Origin: Lepidodermella squamata
Taxonomy: Eukaryota; Animalia; Gastrotricha
NCBI GenBank assembly: GCA_047495785.1
Contig: JBLDXI010000007.1
Coordinates: forward strand, 1,302,001 to 1,366,000
Direction: 5' to 3'
DNA: 64,000 nt
Made by a program: the position numbers and the translations under genes. Below are positions 61,613 through 64,000 of the stretch, one piece after another (the first letter of the stretch is position 1; every line of letters begins with the position of its first letter). The notes below the pieces were generated by a model, which was not told the DNA's origin, searched no databases, and saw nothing but the letters and a program-made list of their open reading frames with translations.

Positions 61613-61620
61613 TATAAATA
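61613..61620 (+). promoter_or_regulatory. TATA box of the Gly/Tyr precursor gene
   Basis: tataaata followed ~25 nt later by an Inr-like tcagt, ~110 nt before the ATG. Confidence 0.55.
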
Positions 61621-61724
61621 CGCCGAACTGCACCGTGCTAAATCAGTCAACTGACTCGAGCACATTCTAACCCTAAAACATCCGAGTCTCATTTTTACCA
61701 ACTCCTACTGCTCAAGATCTCATT

Positions 61725-63221
61725 ATGAAGCTCGCTATTTTCGCCGTTTTAGTAGCGGCGTCGCTTTGCGCCGCTGACAAGTCGCACCACAAGCGCCAAA
61801 TCTTCCCCGGCTACGGCGGTATTGGCTATGGCGGTCTAGGCTATGGCTACGGCGGTTTCGGCGGCTACCCGGGTTATGGTATCGGCTACGGCGCTGGTTT
61901 CTACGGCCGCAAACGTCGCGATACTGAAGATGTCGAAAGCCACGAAGAGCACAAGGAGAAGCGTCAAATCTTCCCTGGCTACGGCGCCGTTGGCTATGGC
62001 GGCCTTGGCTATGGTGGTTACGGCTACGGTTACCCGGGCGTCGTTGGCGTCGGCTACCCAGCTGTCGGTGGTTTCTACGGCCGCAAGCGTCGTGATGTCG
62101 ATGACGTGTCCGAACACATCAAGGAGAAGCGCCAGATCGGTCTCGGCTACCCAGGCTACGGCTACGGTGGTTTCGGCTATGGCGGCCTTGGTTACGGCGG
62201 TCTCGGCTACGGCGCTGTGAATACTGGTTTTGGATACCCTGCCATCTACGGCCGCAAACGCCGCGATACTGATGACGTCGAATCGCACAAGGACAAGCGC
62301 CAGGTTCTGCTCGGCGGTGTTGGCTACCCTGGTTTCGGCTACGGCGGTCTCGGCTACGTTGGTCTTGGCTACGGCTACGGCGCTGTTAACACCGGTTTCG
62401 GCTACCCGGCTATCTATGGCCGCAAGCGTCGCGATACCGATGACGTCGAACACCACGAACATGATGAGCATCACAAGGAAAAGCGTCAAATTCTGGGTAT
62501 TTATTCCCGATTTTACACGAATTTATTTTTATTTTCAATTATTTCAGCCGGTGGATTTGTTGGTGCTCCAATCGGCTATGGTTACGGCTACCCTGGCTAC
62601 GGTGTCGGTCTCGGCTACGGCGCCGTTAACACTGGCTTCGGCTACCCTGCTATCTACGGCCGCAAGCGTCGCGATGCTGAAGACCACGATCCTAAGGAAC
62701 ACAAGGAGAAGCGTCAAATCTTGGGTAAGGATTTATTGGAGCTCGAAAATCCTCAAAGATTCTTCAATCTATTTTCTAAATTTCAGCCGGTGGTTTCGTT
62801 GGTGCTGCCCCCATTGTCGGAGGTGTCGGCTACGGCTACGGCTATCCTGGCTTCGGTCTCGGCTACGGCGCTGTCAACACCGGTTTTGGCTACCCGGCTA
62901 TCTATGGCCGCAAACGCCGCGACACTGAGGACGTCGAACCCCACGATCCCAAGGACCACAAGGAAAAGCGTCAGATCATTGGTAATTTTTATTTCAAAAT
63001 TTATTAAAATAATTTCAAATTTAAATTATTTTAAATTTTAAATTCTAATTTTAATTTTAACAGCCGCTGGATACGCGCCCTTTGTCGGTGCCCCTCTCAT
63101 TGGTGCTGCCCCTATTCTCGGAGCTCCCCTTGTAGGCCCTGCCTTCGTTGGCGGCCCTGTTGTCGGTGGTCCATTCATTGGCGGTTACGGCTACGGCGTC
63201 GGCCCTGGTGTCCTGCTGTAA
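61725..63221 (+). CDS. Polyprotein precursor of seven Gly/Tyr-rich peptides (exons 61725-62496, 62548-62724, 62787-62981, 63064-63221)
   Basis: Signal peptide; repeated KR|Q...YG|RKRR units separated by D/E/H-rich spacers; three phase-1 introns with GT...cag ends give one continuous frame. Confidence 0.85.
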
Positions 63222-63464
63222 ATAATAGCGAAATAATAGCTACTTCAACCGCTGAATATTGTTGACTTGCAGTATAATGATAATTTAAACTATATAATTA
63301 GCTGCTCTGCTTCGAGTTTTATATCATGATTCGTACCTTCACTTGGTTTTATAATTCCTGATTCGGGTCAGTTTGATTCCTTTCTTACAAAGTAGCTCCA
63401 TCAAGATTTGTGAAAACTGTTCGGAATTTAGCAATTTAACACTAATAAACTGCGAACTTTTTGC

Positions 63465-63790
63465 TACGTCTGACTGTTGATACCAGGTTAAGGGGACCCC
63501 TATTTGAAAATTAAATAAAATTACCGAAAAATTCAGAAATTAATTAAAGCTAGCGGAAAGGTGGCTTGTTAATTTTTTGTAAATTATCACAATTTTCCTG
63601 ATTTTCATCAATTTAAAATACTTTGGAAGTATTATCACCGGCTTCGGATCCAGCTACGTACATTTGACTGTTGATACCTGGTTAAGAGGATCTATGAATG
63701 AAAATATTAAAACTTACGAAAAAAATTTCGAAATTAAGCGAAGCTAGTGGAAAGGCAGATTCTTATTTTCTTGTAAATTATGATAATTTC
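63465..63790. repeat. Degenerate tandem duplication (~190-bp period)
   Basis: tgactgttgatacc(a/t)ggttaag ... aagctag(c/t)ggaaagg ... ttgtaaattat occurs twice. Confidence 0.55.
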
Positions 63791-64000
63791 AATTATTGCT
63801 GGTAACGTCTTGAATCCAAGCTAAAGTTTCATCATTGATTCTGGCCCCGGCTTGGTAACCAGCAATTTGCCCAGTTCTGTTGTTATACAGTCCGTTGCTC
63901 GTCAGGGCAACTAGAGTCCATTTCCGGCCGACGGTTGGACCAAAAGGTGTGTCTATGATTGCCCAAGCCCCGCCAGAATCGCCCTCCCAAGTGCCACTCG
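63789..64000 (-). CDS. 3' end of another S1 serine protease paralogue (continues beyond window)
   Basis: SGTWEGDSGGAWAIIDTPFGPTVGRKWTLVALTS...WIQDVTSNN* matches copies 1 and 2. Confidence 0.8.
   Translation of the reverse strand, partial: SGTWEGDSGGAWAIIDTPFGPTVGRKWTLVALTSNGLYNNRTGQIAGYQAGARINDETLAWIQDVTSNN

Noticed and set aside
61836-62928. Ala/Thr/Val-rich overlapping ORFs (antifreeze-like)
   Set aside because: Frame-shifted and antisense readings of GGC-TAC repeats of the Gly/Tyr gene; no signal peptide.

Overview
Gene-dense window from an invertebrate animal genome with short (~45-60 nt) GT-AG introns; it is not prokaryotic, so many ORF-track entries are single exons. In order it contains: an intact intron-containing Crypton tyrosine recombinase; a GABA-B-type class C GPCR split by one in-frame TAG; a C-type lectin; two signal-peptide proteins with a dynein-light-chain-like domain; an EGF-ligand-like protein; a SLATT-like 2TM ORF; a toxin-like prepropeptide; a NEK-like pseudokinase-ankyrin gene; a SOCS-box protein; four copies of a divergent S1 serine protease family (one a pseudogene, one cut by the window edge); two Trp-rich secreted proteins; a temptin-copper monooxygenase; a NIDO/VWD/Sushi/LDLa protein carrying a stanniocalcin-like domain; a divergent nuclear receptor; a lone H3-H4 pair inside an inverted duplication of a PAN-domain gene; a 12-exon NEK-like kinase-TAZ1-KIX-RING-H2 chimeric gene; and a polyprotein precursor of pyroGlu/amidated Gly-Tyr-rich peptides. 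MITEs and LINE fragments are interspersed. Domain calls are by eye from motif recognition and exon structures are inferred from splice-phase consistency; no searches were run. The top candidate for novelty is the kinase fused to CBP/p300-type TAZ1 and KIX domains and a RING-H2 ligase (52746-57377).
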